Positions 52,116-64,000 of a DNA stretch of 64,000 nt are shown one piece after another (position 1 is the stretch's first letter; each line of letters opens with the position of its first letter). The stretch comes from Octopus vulgaris (lineage: Eukaryota): positions 41,788,001-41,852,000 of the forward strand of contig OX597830.1 of the NCBI GenBank assembly GCA_951406725.2, in the 5' to 3' direction. A model generated the notes under the pieces. That model was not told the origin of the DNA. It saw only the letters and a list, made by a program, of their open reading frames with translations, and ran no database searches. Made by a program: the position numbers and the translations under genes.

Positions 52116-53330
52116 CAGGGTGCGGAGGATAGATTTATATTTATAAAAAAACAACAACAAAAAAAACATTGATAATAACAGTAATAACAGATAATAATTT
52201 TATTTAGCCAAAAATGCTATAAGGATAAAAATAAACCTTATTTTCTATAATGTTATTCAATAAAGCCAACTTCAGCTTCAACAACTGCTTCTATTTGAAA
52301 TCTAAATCATCTACAAGCTCGAATCAAGTGGTCCTGGTTCATTTTGGACATTACTCTGACTATGGCAACTTTCAAAGAATCTTTGGTGCTATGGGCGTGT
52401 TCATTGATCTCTCTCTCAACAATGCTCCACATTTAATAGTCCAGTGGATTGAAATCTGGGGAATTAGGAGGCCAAATGTTAAGGGTTATGTGATCATGAA
52501 AATTTTCAGCTATCCATTCCAGTGTTACTAGAGCCATGTGTAATAGTGCAGAGCCTTACTGAAACACATATGGCCTTCCATTGCATACACTGTCTATTCA
52601 GGGCTTAACAATTATTTCCAAAACCTCAGTGTAAGTGGCAGAGTTAATTCTAAGGTCTTGTGGAAAGAAGTAAGGAGGCATCACATGTCCTTCATTGCTG
52701 ATAACCCCTAAAACCATGACAGTTGCAGGAAATTTTGTATGCATAGCACTTGGAACTTCAGAAGGGTCTGCACATAACTGTCCATCATTTCTTCTGTTAA
52801 CTTTTTGATCTTGGTTGAAGCTTTTCTTGTTTGAGAAAAACCAAATCAAATTTTAGATCTGATTCTTTTGCTTTTTCTGACAAATTGACCTTTTCTCATC
52901 ATATAAGACTTATATCTGATGTCTTCGTGGACAACATTCTTGACTTCCTCCTGACATATGGAATTCTTTTGCAATTGACCTCATGGACTTTCTGGGGTTG
53001 TAATCAATGGCCTGTTGAACTTGTTGGATAAATTCAGGTGTTCTGATGATTTCAGAGCATTTAGAATGCTTTTTATGCTTTGCTACTGGTGATACGTTTC
53101 CATCTTCAGTCTCTAGCTCCTTACAAACTTTGTAGATGAAAGATCTGGCAAATTTTAAAGCTTGAGATATTTCATCCTTTATAGCTACAATAACAGCATA
53201 CCTCCTACATTTCTTGAGTAAGCTGAGGGTCTGCCATTATTATTTTCTGAAACAAAGATTATACCGAGTTAGCAAAAAATACAGCAATGACCCCAAAAGT
53301 GGTATGTTCTCGAATGCCTTACGCACCCTG
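52116..53330 (-). mobile_element. maT (DD37D-like) Tc1/mariner transposon relic
   Basis: TA|CAGGGTGCG…CGCACCCTG|TA ends; minus-strand motifs WFFSNKKSFNQDQKVNRRND, KFPATVMVLGVISNEGHVMPPYFF, RPYVFQ*, WPPNSPDFNPLDY*MW; stops and frameshifts. Confidence 0.88.
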
Positions 53331-54981
53331 TATTATCTAAGTAACAAATCTTATCTGTTTATCAATTGAAGCGGTTGAATTAGAATTGTGAAACACTCTT
53401 TTAAATGAAAGAAAAGCATTGTAATTAAGCAAAGCACAATGCATTGTGTGGTGCTTCACATCGTGTCTAAGAATGATGGATGAAACGGAGGAACTGATGA
53501 TTCATAGATTGTTGTAAGAGGAAAATGTGCTGCAAGTTATTCTTGACAAGAGCCATAGTCTGTTTTCTAAGGTTTGCTATATTAATAACTTAATTTTTGT
53601 TTGTCTTGTGGATGATGTCTCTGAATTATTTAATTTCTAAGTAATCCTATTTTCTTATGCTAATCATTGACCTCTACTTTGGAAAATATGATGAAGGCTA
53701 TGTCTTGCTGATGAGGTCAAAATAATACTGAAACATACCTGGAGTTGTAACCTGTATTTGCAAAATTGAAAGCAACATCTATTGACTAATATTGTTTCTT
53801 TTTTCTCACCACAGACAAAGTTGTGAGATTCAGAAGCTTGCTTCTCAATCATGTGGTTTTGGGTTCAGTCCCACTGTGTGGTACTTCAGGCAAGAGTCTG
53901 CTATTACAGCCCCAGGTCAATCAATGCCTCGTGAGTGGATTTGGTCAGCAGTAACGGTGTGGCAGTCTGTTGTGTGTATGTATAATTGTATGTATGTATG
54001 TGTGTGTGTGTGTGTCCTTGTTTTGACATCATGTGATGATTGTAGATGAGTGACTCATACAAGAAGGGTTGTTTGTTTCTAGTCTTCTGTGAAAAACATG
54101 TCTGGCCATGGGGAAATATTGCTTTGCTTGGAAACAGGCAAGTGTTGGCAACTGGAAAGGCATCCGGCTGTAGAAAATCTGCCCCAACAAATTCTGTCTG
54201 ACCCATGCAAGCATGGAAAAGTGGATGCTAAATAATGATTATTACTATCATCTTTAAGGCAGCACGTTGGCAGAATTGTTAGTATGCTGGGTGGAATGCT
54301 TAGCGGCATTTCGTCCATCTTTATGTTCAGAATTCAAATTCTGTCAAGATCGACTTAGCCTTCCATCATTTTGGGATTGATAAATTAAGTACTGGTGAAA
54401 CACTGGAGGGGGCCGATGTAATTAACTTGTCCCCTCTCCTCAAATTTCAAGCCTTGTGCTTATAGTAGAAAGGATTATTATTATTATTATTATTATCATC
54501 ATCATCATCATTGTCTCTAGTTAAATTCTTAATGCTCATTGCATTAAATATGTTATTACTAAGTGGCAAATTGGCAGATGTTTTATTTATTTTGGCTTTC
54601 TGTGTTCTTGGTTCAAATCTTGCCAAGGTCAACTTTTTCATTGTTTTGAATCCCAGTTTGGGCATCAGTGGAATTGTCAAAAGGTTGGATTTAACTGCCT
54701 TGTATTTATTCCAGTCCTGAGCATTTTGAGTTCTTAGGTGGTCAATTTAAACTGTTTTAGTCTAACACCATCACTTGGTTCTTAGGTGCATTCTGTGTCC
54801 ACTTTGAAATCAAACATTTAGACCAGGTCTTCAATGTGAGGACAACTCCTTCTCACCAACCACTTTCAGGTGCCCTGAAGAAGTAGAGGCTCATGGGTGA
54901 TGTTCTTCCCTTCCTGACGAAATAAAGACAAAAATGAAGAAAAAGACTTTCTTATTTATATATTCTTTCTTTTATTTTTAG

Positions 54982-55194
54982 ATGACAGAACAAATGGAAA
55001 TGCTTTATCAGCACCTGCACTTAACTGATTTAGGCCAGCGTCTTCGTTTTTTCATCTGTTCAACTCTGGAAGACATGTTGAAGAGTCTGTTTCCTCACTG
55101 TCATGTATATCCATTTGGTTCTTCCGTTAATGGATTTGGCCGTAACAACTGTGATCTTGATATGATCTTGAACTTGTGTACTTCGAAATCACAG
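54982..55194 (+). CDS. MTPAP: MTPAP exon 3 (nucleotidyltransferase catalytic motif)
   Basis: FGSSVNGFGRNNCDLD = GS…DxD of pol-beta-like NTases; AG/GT boundaries, phase 0/0. Confidence 0.95.
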
Positions 55195-55569
55195 GTAAGC
55201 TGAGGAAGCATCAAGTTATTTACAAATGAATTTTATCTGAATGCTAAAGGGCTAAATATCTCAAGTTCTGTTTTTAGGCCAACAATGTGTTGATATTTAT
55301 CAATGGCATAAGAACCATTTTACTTCACAATTGTTGTTGTCTTAAGCCATTCTAAAGTAGAGTATAAATTAATGTATATAAAATAAAATATCTAACTTGA
55401 CTTAATAAACACTCATTTAACTTCTATATTATCAAAACCCAAAATATATCTTCCCATTTATTAAACTATCCTGTTTCTCAAACTAATTTTTCTACAAATT
55501 AAATTCTTCATCTAGAGATGAAGATGCTTTTAAGAGATGGACATTTTTATTCATAATTGTAGTTGTGAT

Positions 55570-56605
55570 CCCCTTGCCGGTGGCAGGTAACCAGCACCAT
55601 CCGAATGGGGCTCTGTGTCGGTGGCACGTAAAAAGCACCCACTAAACTCTTGGAGTGGTTGGCATTAGGAAGGGCATCTAGCTGTAGAAACACTGCCAGA
55701 TCAGACTGGAGCCTGGTGCAGCCTCATGGCTTCCCAGACCCCAATCGAACCGTCCAACCCATGCCAGCATGGAAAACGGATGTTAAATGAGGATGATGAT
55801 GATACATTGAAATATATTGATTTTTAATTTTACTTATATGGGTATAAATATCAGGTGAGAGCTAAATCTTTCCATGGATGGTACCTCAGCCTCTCATAGG
55901 TAACATTTCCAGATGATCTACTAATTATCCACCTATATCTGTTAGGTAAATAGTAACTAGAAAATGTTCACTAAGTGGAATAATTATTTTGCTGTGAGGA
56001 GGTGATGAAGTCTAACATTTTGAACAGAATCTTTCAGTAAAAAAAAAGATAAAACACATTAAAAAATTTGGGCATCGCCATCATCATCATCATCGTTTAA
56101 TATCTGCTTGCCATGCTGGCATGGGTTGGATGGTTTGACTGAGGGCTGGCAAGCCAGAAGGTTGCACCAGGCTCCAATCTGATCTGGCAATGTTTCTACA
56201 GCTGGATGCCCTTCCTAATGCCAACCACTCTGAGGGTGTAGTGGGTGCTTTTTATGAGCCACTGGCACGAGGGCAGGTCAGGCAGTATTGGCATTGGTCA
56301 TGCTTGGATGGTGCTTTTTATGTGTCACTGACATGGGAACCAGTCAAGTAGCACTGGCAACCTGTGGTGAAAATTCAAAGAAAAATGTGGGTTTAAAAAT
56401 AACTGTTTTTAGCACCTGTACTGGTGCCATGTATAAAGCACTCAGTACACTCTGAAAAGTGGTTGGCTATAGAAATGGCATCCAGTTGTAGAAACCATAC
56501 CAAAACAGATGACTGGTACCTGGTCCAATCCTTCAGCTTGCTGGCTCTTGTCAAACTGTCCAACCCATGCCAGCATGGAAAACAGATGTTAAATGATGAT
56601 GAAGA
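55570..56605. mobile_element. Three family B retroposons in +/-/+ orientation (55570-55803, 56078-56360, 56400-56605)
   Basis: Shared core GGAAGGGCATCCAGCTGTAGAAAC and (GAT)n/(CAT)n tails. Confidence 0.85.
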
Positions 56606-56667
56606 GTCATGATCCTTTATCCCATAAAATATAATGGAAAGTAAAACTTTCGTTTTGTTCATTTCAG

Positions 56668-56885
56668 GAGAAAACAAACAACAGATTAAAGTTTTTAACC
56701 AAATTGAAGCATGATGAAGAAGAACGTAGTTTCTCTTGTCGGAATCTCAAGGTTTTTGCTGAAATGATTGAGAATTTTATCCCTTCATGTGTTAGGATTA
56801 ATCCAATATTAAGAGCACGTGTTCCAATTATTAAGTTCTACCATGAAGCTTGTGATATAGAATGTGATTTATCTCTACAGGACAC
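56668..56885 (+). CDS. MTPAP: MTPAP exon 4
   Basis: ILRARVPIIKF…ECDLS (third catalytic Asp); acceptor atttcAG 56667, donor AC|GTAAGC phase 2. Confidence 0.95.
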
Positions 56886-57668
56886 GTAAGCTCGTTTTCT
56901 TTTCTTTCTTTTTAACATTCACTTTTGACAACATTGGTAATATCATTCTGCAAATTTTTGATTACTTAGCATTAGAATTGTTGTGAAAGTTTGTTCGTAT
57001 TGCTGGAATACCTTTTGATCAGAGCTGTGGGTTAACCCCACTGCCATGCATGTACTCTATTTAAAGTAGTAATTACTTGTAGGAACACTGTATTTTGTTG
57101 TGCAACCATAATATTCTACCGAGTATATTAGAGGCTTTATAAGTCAATTCTGTGTCCCACTGTGTTAGCAGTGCTATTAAATCACTGACCCGTCCTCCAT
57201 GGCGAAAGTGTTAAGGCCGCATCCCCTGGTGAAGAGGATTGACCTTTAAGAGTCCTGTGCCAATGTCGTGTAAAAAGCACTCATGCTGGGGACATGTAAA
57301 AAGCACCCAGCACACTCTGTAAAGTGATTGGCATTAGGAAGGGTATCCAGCCATAGAAACCAAGTAAATTAAACTGGAACCTGGTGCAGCTTCCCAGCTC
57401 TGTTTAAATTGTCCAATCCAAGGCAGCATGGAAAATGGATGTTAAAGGAAGAATTTTCTGTAGAAATCATAGCCGGCACTGAATTGTTACAATGTTTACA
57501 AAACATAGCAGATCAGTGCTGACTTTAATTTCTACTGGAAATCTGTAGAGATAACCATAAAAAAATCTATCTAAAGTATATATTTTTTCTGTTTATTTTT
57601 TTTTTAAAGTTGTTCTGAATATTTTTGAGGGATCATTGTATGTGTTTGTTTATTTTTTTGTTTTCCAG

Positions 57669-57889
57669 TTCTGGTGTAACTATGTCTAATGTAATGTACA
57701 TGCTGGGTGTGATGGACCGACGTGTGTGTCCATTGATCTTCACCGTCCGACACTGGGCCAAAGTAAACAACATCAGCCACCAACACCCAGGGCCATGGTT
57801 GAGTAACTTTATGCTGTCTTTATTGGTCATTTGCTTCCTACAGCTTCGGGCAAAACCGATCCTTCCATCTTTTTCATCCATTTTGAATG
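57669..57889 (+). CDS. MTPAP: MTPAP exon 5
   Basis: DRRVCPLIFTVRHWAK…PGPWLSNFMLSLLVICFLQ…PILP typical of TRF4/Cid1-type PAPs; phases 2/1. Confidence 0.95.
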
Positions 57890-58423
57890 GTAAGATGTCA
57901 CATTACTTTCTAATGTTCTTTCATCATCATCACCATCGTCATCAGCGTCATTGTTTTATGTCCACTTTTCCGGGTTGGCATTGCTTCAAGAAAACTTCTA
58001 TTCTCTCTGCTGAATGTCCTTGATGCTGACCATTATTTTTTTTCCAACTAAGACACTTTATTCCACATTTCTGCTTGTCAAAATGCTGCTGGTCATTTTA
58101 TTTACGGAAGACATAAATCATGTCACCTCTGCCAGTGCAAAGACTTATGGAGACAAATACACACACACTGCGTAAAGGCATCTGGGCATAGGAAATCTGC
58201 CGTAACAAATTCATCAAACATATGCAAGCATGTATATATGTATATATATGTACACACTCACAGGCACCAGAGTGGCTGTGTTGTAAGAAGCTTGGTTCCC
58301 AACCACATGGTTCCAGGTTCAGTCCCACTGCGTGTCACCTTGGGCAGGTGTTTTCTACTATAGCCTCAGGCTGACCAAAGCCTTGTGAGTGAATTTGGTA
58401 GATGGAAACTGAAACAAGCCTAT

Positions 58424-58460
<37 letters not shown>

Positions 58461-59149
58461 GTGTGTGTGTATGTGTGTCTGTTTACATCCCTGTAATATC
58501 GCAGAAGAAGTCTAAAGATATAGACAAAAAGTAGTGGGAGGTGGGGAAATCTCGAGCTGCTTGACATCACAGACGAGATTATATCTCCAAGAGGAATGGA
58601 GATTTGCTATACTGCAGTCCTTATAAATAAGCAATGAAGATGATTATGACTTTTCCTTGATTTTACCTTAGATTTGAAGACTTTAACTTATACTACTTAT
58701 TTTTTAAAATATTTATTAAACCGAGGAAATGTCAACTTTAAGGGGATAAAATGAGATCAGTTTTGTATAATTTCTGATAAGTTGATTTGATGAAAGAATT
58801 ATCTCCCTTAAGAACCATCACTGGACTATCATTATACAAGGGAGATAATTATTAGATGATACCGTTGAGCTTACAGTGGCCGTAGAAACCGGAAGCTGGA
58901 CGTTTTTAATTATATGAATTCCTCGTAAAAGTAGTTTTGAAGATAGAATTAAATTTATTTTAATTATTAAACCCGTGCTTATATATATATATAAACTCTA
59001 TAAAGAATATATGAAGAATAAAGTGTGAAAATTTGACCACCTAGCAAGACTGAAAGAGTATGATCACAAGTGCAAGCAACCGAAATGGGGGTTCCTCTGA
59101 AAGATGGTTTGAAGTAGCATTAGTGGAGAGGGTGCATAACTTGGAGCTC

Positions 59150-59400
59150 AGGGAGTCTGTCCAGGTCAAACCACTACTTCTCTGCATTGAGAGATCATGA
59201 TTCCAGTGCTATGGATATGTGATTAGATTGTTGCAAGAAAGAATTGCAAGACAGATTATTGAAGCCGAGGCAACTGGCAGGAGGCTTAGGGGTAGACCAA
59301 TAATGGGATGGGTGGATGCTGTCCATAGCTTCCGTTGGTCAAGCTTGGGAATCTGGCAGAAAGATGTAATGATGGTTACTTCTGATAGGACCCTTTAGAG
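59150..59400 (+). pseudogene. RTE-like LINE ORF2 C-terminal remnant
   Basis: Degenerate reading ATGRRLRGRPIMGWVDAV, like the G.R.RGRP…W end of RTE ORF2. Confidence 0.5.
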
Positions 59401-59697
59401 CAGTGGATGGTATTGCTTCCCTGGGGGTGGTGGAAAGTTCCAAGGGAACGTTGAAGAAAAGTGGGGCCATAATGGGGGTAGCAATTCATGTAAAAAGTGG
59501 GGCAATAACGGGGTAGTGATGCATGTAAAAACAACAAAATAATGGGTTCGTTAAGTTAAGTTTTATTTGTGAAATACAGTTGCTATGAATTTGCTTCAGA
59601 AAGGTCTATGTTTGTGATGGTTAGTTGGGATGGGAGTGCTAAGAATGTGGCCTGGGTATCAAGTGGGTGGTAGCCTGAAAAAGTTTGGGAACCACTG
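59401..59697. mobile_element. hAT (Charlie-like) MITE
   Basis: CAGTGG…GGGAACCACTG with perfect 8-bp TSD CTTTAGAG. Confidence 0.8.
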
Positions 59698-60210
59698 CTT
59701 TAGAGGATGTACCTGAGGATTCTACCCTCCTATGATCCTCCTAGGAATTGTGGGTGGAGATGATGGATGAATTGGTCTCTCTGAACCTGTACCTCCCTAG
59801 TAAAATATATAAAACTATGCTGTTTAGATAGCCCTGTGAATGATGTTTAAAAAACACTATATGGAAGCCTGTTAGAATTACTTTCTTTGCTCTAGGCTGG
59901 TATAGTCAGTCTAACCACCTGACTTGAACCATCACCTGGTCCTTGGTTGCCTTTAGTTGAGTCCATCATGTTGCAAGTATTTGTTTGGAGGAGGGGGCAG
60001 GTCTTTGATCTGAGGATTACTGCTTTCTACAAGTTATTTCAGAGGCCTTCTCTCTTAAGGCTACAAGACATTAAAAACAAAATACATGCTGGTAAACATC
60101 TCCTCATTTCTTGGATGTAAGTTATGACACACACAATAAAATATCAGAAACACTCCAACAAAACACTGATAGATTTTATGTTGACGCTTGTATTCTTTTC
60201 TGTTTTTTAG

Positions 60211-60267
60211 CTGAAGAAAATGCACAGCCTACAGATGTAACCATTGATGATGATGAAACCTTAGTAG
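60211..60267 (+). CDS. MTPAP: MTPAP exon 6 (57 bp)
   Basis: Strong acceptor ttttctgttttttAG, donor G|GTAAGA; phase 1/1 links exons 5 and 7 in frame (AEENAQPTDVTIDDDETLVG). Confidence 0.75.
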
Positions 60268-60699
60268 GTAAGATCAGCATTTTCATGCTTCTCTATAGAA
60301 TGTACACTGAAGATCTGATTCTACAGATTTATTGTGTGAAATATTCCTAAAAAAAGGAGTTATTTTTGTGTGTAGAGGGCTTATTAGATGATATTTATTG
60401 AAACAGTAACATCAACAATTGAATTTATCATGGTTGTCTGTCATTGCTGAACAAGATTCTTTTACTAAGGGATGGATAGATGAACTGCATATGATGTTTC
60501 ATGCACAGTCCATACACAGAATCAAAGATGAGCCAAGAAAGCAGTACCAAATTGGGCTTCTTTTCTAGATTCACAGAATCTGAACTCAGTTCTGAAATCT
60601 AGTGAAATACTCAATAATTTTACAGTCTTCCTATTTCTGAAGTCAGAAAGTTGAAATACTGTTCTATGAACACCATGGGGTGCTTTTATCTGGATTTGG

Positions 60700-61146
60700 A
60701 TATTTGCAAGAGAGGAGGAGACTGCGCTGGTTTGGTCAGGTGATGCGGATGGATGCCGACAGCTCCATAAAAAGGTGCTGGTCTCTCAAGGTGGATGAAA
60801 CACGTGGAAGTGGGAAACCCAGGGAGACATAGGATGAAGTACTGAAGAATAACCTCAGGAAACTGAACCTTTCAGGCGAGAGGACAAAGGACCAAGATAT
60901 CTGGCACTTGGTCATACTCAAGACAGCAGAAGACCAATCCTTCTGGTTGTGTAAAGCACTCTTGGCAGTGCCATGTAAAAGCACTTTGCACATTCTGTAA
61001 AGTGGTTGGTACTAAGAAAGGCAACCAGCTGTAGAAACCATGTCAAATCAGACTGGAGTCTGGTGCAGCCTTCAAGTTTGCCAGCTTTGGTCAGACCATC
61101 CAGCCCATACCAGCATGGACCACAGACATTAAATGAAGATGATGAT
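60700..61146 (+). mobile_element. RTE LINE 3' end running into the family B tail
   Basis: RLRWFGQVMRMDADSSIKRCWSLKVDETRGSGKPRET*DEVLKNNL followed by family B sequence and (GAT)n tail. Confidence 0.8.
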
Positions 61147-61847
61147 ATCTTGACCGCTTCTACAGTTCATTTCCTACTCAGTTATCTGGGATCTCCACAG
61201 TTTCAATTTCAGTGTAAATCTAAGGGCTCAGTTCCATTGCAAAGCATCTTTTGAGAAAGTGTCCCTTGCAGAGCAGAGTCTAAGGTTGACCAATGCTTTG
61301 CAACTGGATTTCAGCAAATGGAAACTCTATGCTTGTGTGTGTTTATAATTGGTGTTGTTTATGCTGTTTCTATGTCCAGTAACTGCTGTTGGTTTGTTTA
61401 TGACCCTTGTAACTTAGTGTTTCAGCAAAAGAAACTGATAGAATAAGTTCTAGACTTCAGACAAAAAAAAGAAAGTTCTGTGTTTGATTTGATTGACAAA
61501 ATTCTTCAAGTCAGTGCTCCAACATGGCTGCAGTCCAATGACAAAAAGGATAAAAGATTAGACACTCACACACCCCGACAGGCTTCCACGCAGTCTCCAT
61601 CTACCAAATCCACTAATGATTTGGTTAGCTTGGTGTTGTTGTGGAAGACACTACTTGCCTAAGGTACCATGCAGTGGGATTGAACCTGAAATCACATGGT
61701 TGCAAATAAGACTGCTCAACTACACAGCCATGCCTTCATTAAATATGTCTGAACTGTTGATAATATCAGTTTGTTCCCTCAATATGAATTCATTTGACAT
61801 CTTTCTCATTGAAACAAATATTAAACAATTCTGTTTTATATTTTCAG

Positions 61848-62158
61848 GTGATCTGTTGATAGAATTCTTCAACTTCTATTCTGTGTTTGACTTTAAAGAA
61901 CATGCTTTGTCCCCATTGCACGGAAAATGTTTTCTAAAACCAGACTATTCAGCATTATACATAGAAAACCCATTAGACATAGAATTGAACATTGCCAAAA
62001 ATGTCAGCAGCAGAGAGATGATGAAACTGACTGAAACCTTCAAAACGACATTGTGGCATCTGAACAACTCTGGAATGTCTCTAGTCAATATATTTCTGAC
62101 TGAAGACTCTAAAAGAGTCTTAAAGAAAAAGTTCAATGTCCACGACTTATACAGATGA
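61848..62158 (+). CDS. MTPAP: MTPAP exon 7 (PAP-associated domain, stop)
   Basis: LLIEFFNFYSVFDF…LYIENPLDIELNIAKNV; acceptor ttttcAG 61847; TGA ends 62158. Joined CDS is 1,512 nt = 503 aa. Confidence 0.95.
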
Positions 62159-62185
62159 TTTTTCTTCTTTTTATTTTTACCTGTA

Positions 62186-62191
62186 AATAAA
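62186..62191 (+). terminator. Proximal polyadenylation signal of MTPAP
   Basis: AATAAA 28 nt after the stop, followed by U-rich sequence. Confidence 0.55.
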
Positions 62192-63271
62192 ACAATTTAA
62201 TTTATTTTGATCAATTTTGATTTCGCAGCCCAAGGACAATATTTGCAGGGGTTGGCTACACTAAATTTACCGTTTTATTGCAGAAATCAAGATCTATCCA
62301 ATCAGAATTTCATTACTCCTAACAGTGGAAAGCACTTTTATACACCAATTTATCTTTTGGAACTATTTTCTGTTGAGATATCTCAAGTTAGCTGAGGCAA
62401 TGTGACTTGCAGAAAATACCAATTCTATTTTTTGGCAAGATATTTAACATCGTTACTGGAATAACCATGAAATTTAATTTCACAGTTGAAAGGTTAAAAT
62501 CCAACTGCAATATAGTGGGTCTTATGTTATTGATACCAGAGGTAGGGAAAAAGGAAAGCTGACCATAGTATGTTTTTGTGCTCAGGTAGTTGAGATTGAA
62601 CTTAATCATTTTGTGAATCACTAAAACCTGTAAAAGCCAGTGTGATTAATCCCGCTTCTGTTGTATGAAGCAAATGTGAGGCCAATATTAATGGAAAACA
62701 AGTCTATTATACAAAAGTTTATTGGAAAGGTCTGCGACTTAACATCCCTGAGCTACATAAATTTAAGAAAATGTAGAGTTCAGAATGTTGGATGCAGTCT
62801 AAAGATATCTGCATGTGCAGCAACAGCAGCACCAGCTCAGATGTGGGAGCATTAATACATTGTGGACCTTACCTGTGCTTTGTAGAGTTGTGATTTTTAT
62901 TCAAAGCTGTCTTCATAGATCTCTCTTTAGTTTCACTTTCCAGAGTATTAAAAACCCTTTAGCATTTAGACTACTTGGTCAAACATTATACTTTTTCTTA
63001 TTCACAGACCACTCTGCAAAATGGTTGAAGTTTAGAAGACCATTCAGTAGCAAAAACCATGCCAAAGTAAACCTCGCCGGTGTTTGTGCCGTGTGAAAAA
63101 AAGCACCCAGTAACTCTGCAAGGTGGTTGGTGTTAGGAAAGGCATCCAGCTGTAAAAAACATGCCAAAGCAGTTAGTCCTGGTGCAATCTTCTCACTCTT
63201 CAGCTCTGGTCAAACCATCCAACTTATGCCAGAATGGAAAATGGACATTAAATAATGATTATGTGATTTAA

Positions 63272-63503
63272 CCCTTTGATGTTCAGATTATTCTGTCAAA
63301 TGTAATGCTTATTTATACACAGACATTATTTACATATTTTTGCATTAATCTTGCATTGGCTCTTGTAGCTTCAAGATTTCAATGATGTGATAGTTTATTT
63401 TTAGAATAACATTGTTGAGTAGGTGTGAAAGGCTGGATCTGACCAGACTGAATGTAAAACAAGAATATTTAGGCAGTATTTGGTTGGTTTAAATGCTAGA
63501 GGG
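63272..63503. mobile_element. piggyBac-like MITE
   Basis: TTAA|CCCTTTG…TAGAGGG|TTAA; same family as 9190-9410, partial copies at ~29340-29475, 30165-30265 and 63505-63610. Confidence 0.8.
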
Positions 63504-64000
63504 TTAATCATGCATGATCTCATAGCTTTGAGATTTTGATGTGGTTGCTAGAATGACATTGTAAGGTGGTTGTAATGAGCTGGATATGGCTAGTTTCAAC
63601 TTAAAAGGTATGTTTATATTTACATATATTTATATACATTCACCGCTCCCCCCACACATATGCACATCAGCGACTGGGTATCAATTGAATATTTTTGTAA
63701 TGGATTTTATCTATTGCACTTTAGTCTTTTTTTTTTTTTAACCCATTCTGTTTAGGGAGGCTGTTTTTATAAAGTTTTCAGCAAATCAAGTCTGGTTTGA
63801 CTCCCTGTTGTAATTGCAGTGTCCCTTTGACCCAATAATGCCCTTGTGCAGGAATAGCCAGTTCCTACTCCCTAAAGTCAACAAGTGCCAATTGCCCACA
63901 GATCAGAAAAGGGGTTGCCCACTTCTATATTATTACACCAGTCATCATCAGGATAAATATATACAGTTTTTAATGCAAGTAAAATATTATTTTTTCATCA

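Noticed and set aside
61616-61847. N-terminal part of the 180-aa ORF
   Set aside because: SINE and intron sequence upstream of the exon 7 acceptor.

Overview
AT-rich, intron-containing animal DNA whose SINE/MITE repertoire and microsatellites look coleoid cephalopod (Octopus-like; inferred, not searched). Two protein-coding genes lie on the + strand. (1) A large multi-C2H2 zinc-finger protein (~2,156 aa, ~32 fingers, PLDLS CtBP-binding motif, REST/SPR-4/CG9932-like style rather than a TGEKPY tandem array). Almost all of its CDS is in one 6.5-kb exon (17315-23795), with probable 5'UTR exons near 1.3-1.7 kb and 7.3 kb, a short terminal coding exon at 34918-34974 and a probable ~5-kb 3'UTR. (2) Mitochondrial poly(A) polymerase (MTPAP/PAPD1), 7 phase-consistent exons from 47305 to 62158, 503 aa. 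The rest is intron or intergenic DNA full of mobile elements: an IR/DR-type Tc1 relic with a retroposon inside its left TIR, a maT-like relic, hAT/Tigger/piggyBac-type MITEs, three SINE-like families, RTE and other LINE remnants, and a Penelope-like GIY-YIG fragment carrying a minimal hammerhead ribozyme between inverted termini. Best leads: the GIY-YIG/hammerhead cassette, an unexplained cluster of stem-loops at 8.3-8.9 kb, extended finger repeats plus uORF and miRNA-site control of the zinc-finger gene, and long intronic fold-backs (candidate ADAR substrates). No prokaryotic system or CRISPR array is present.
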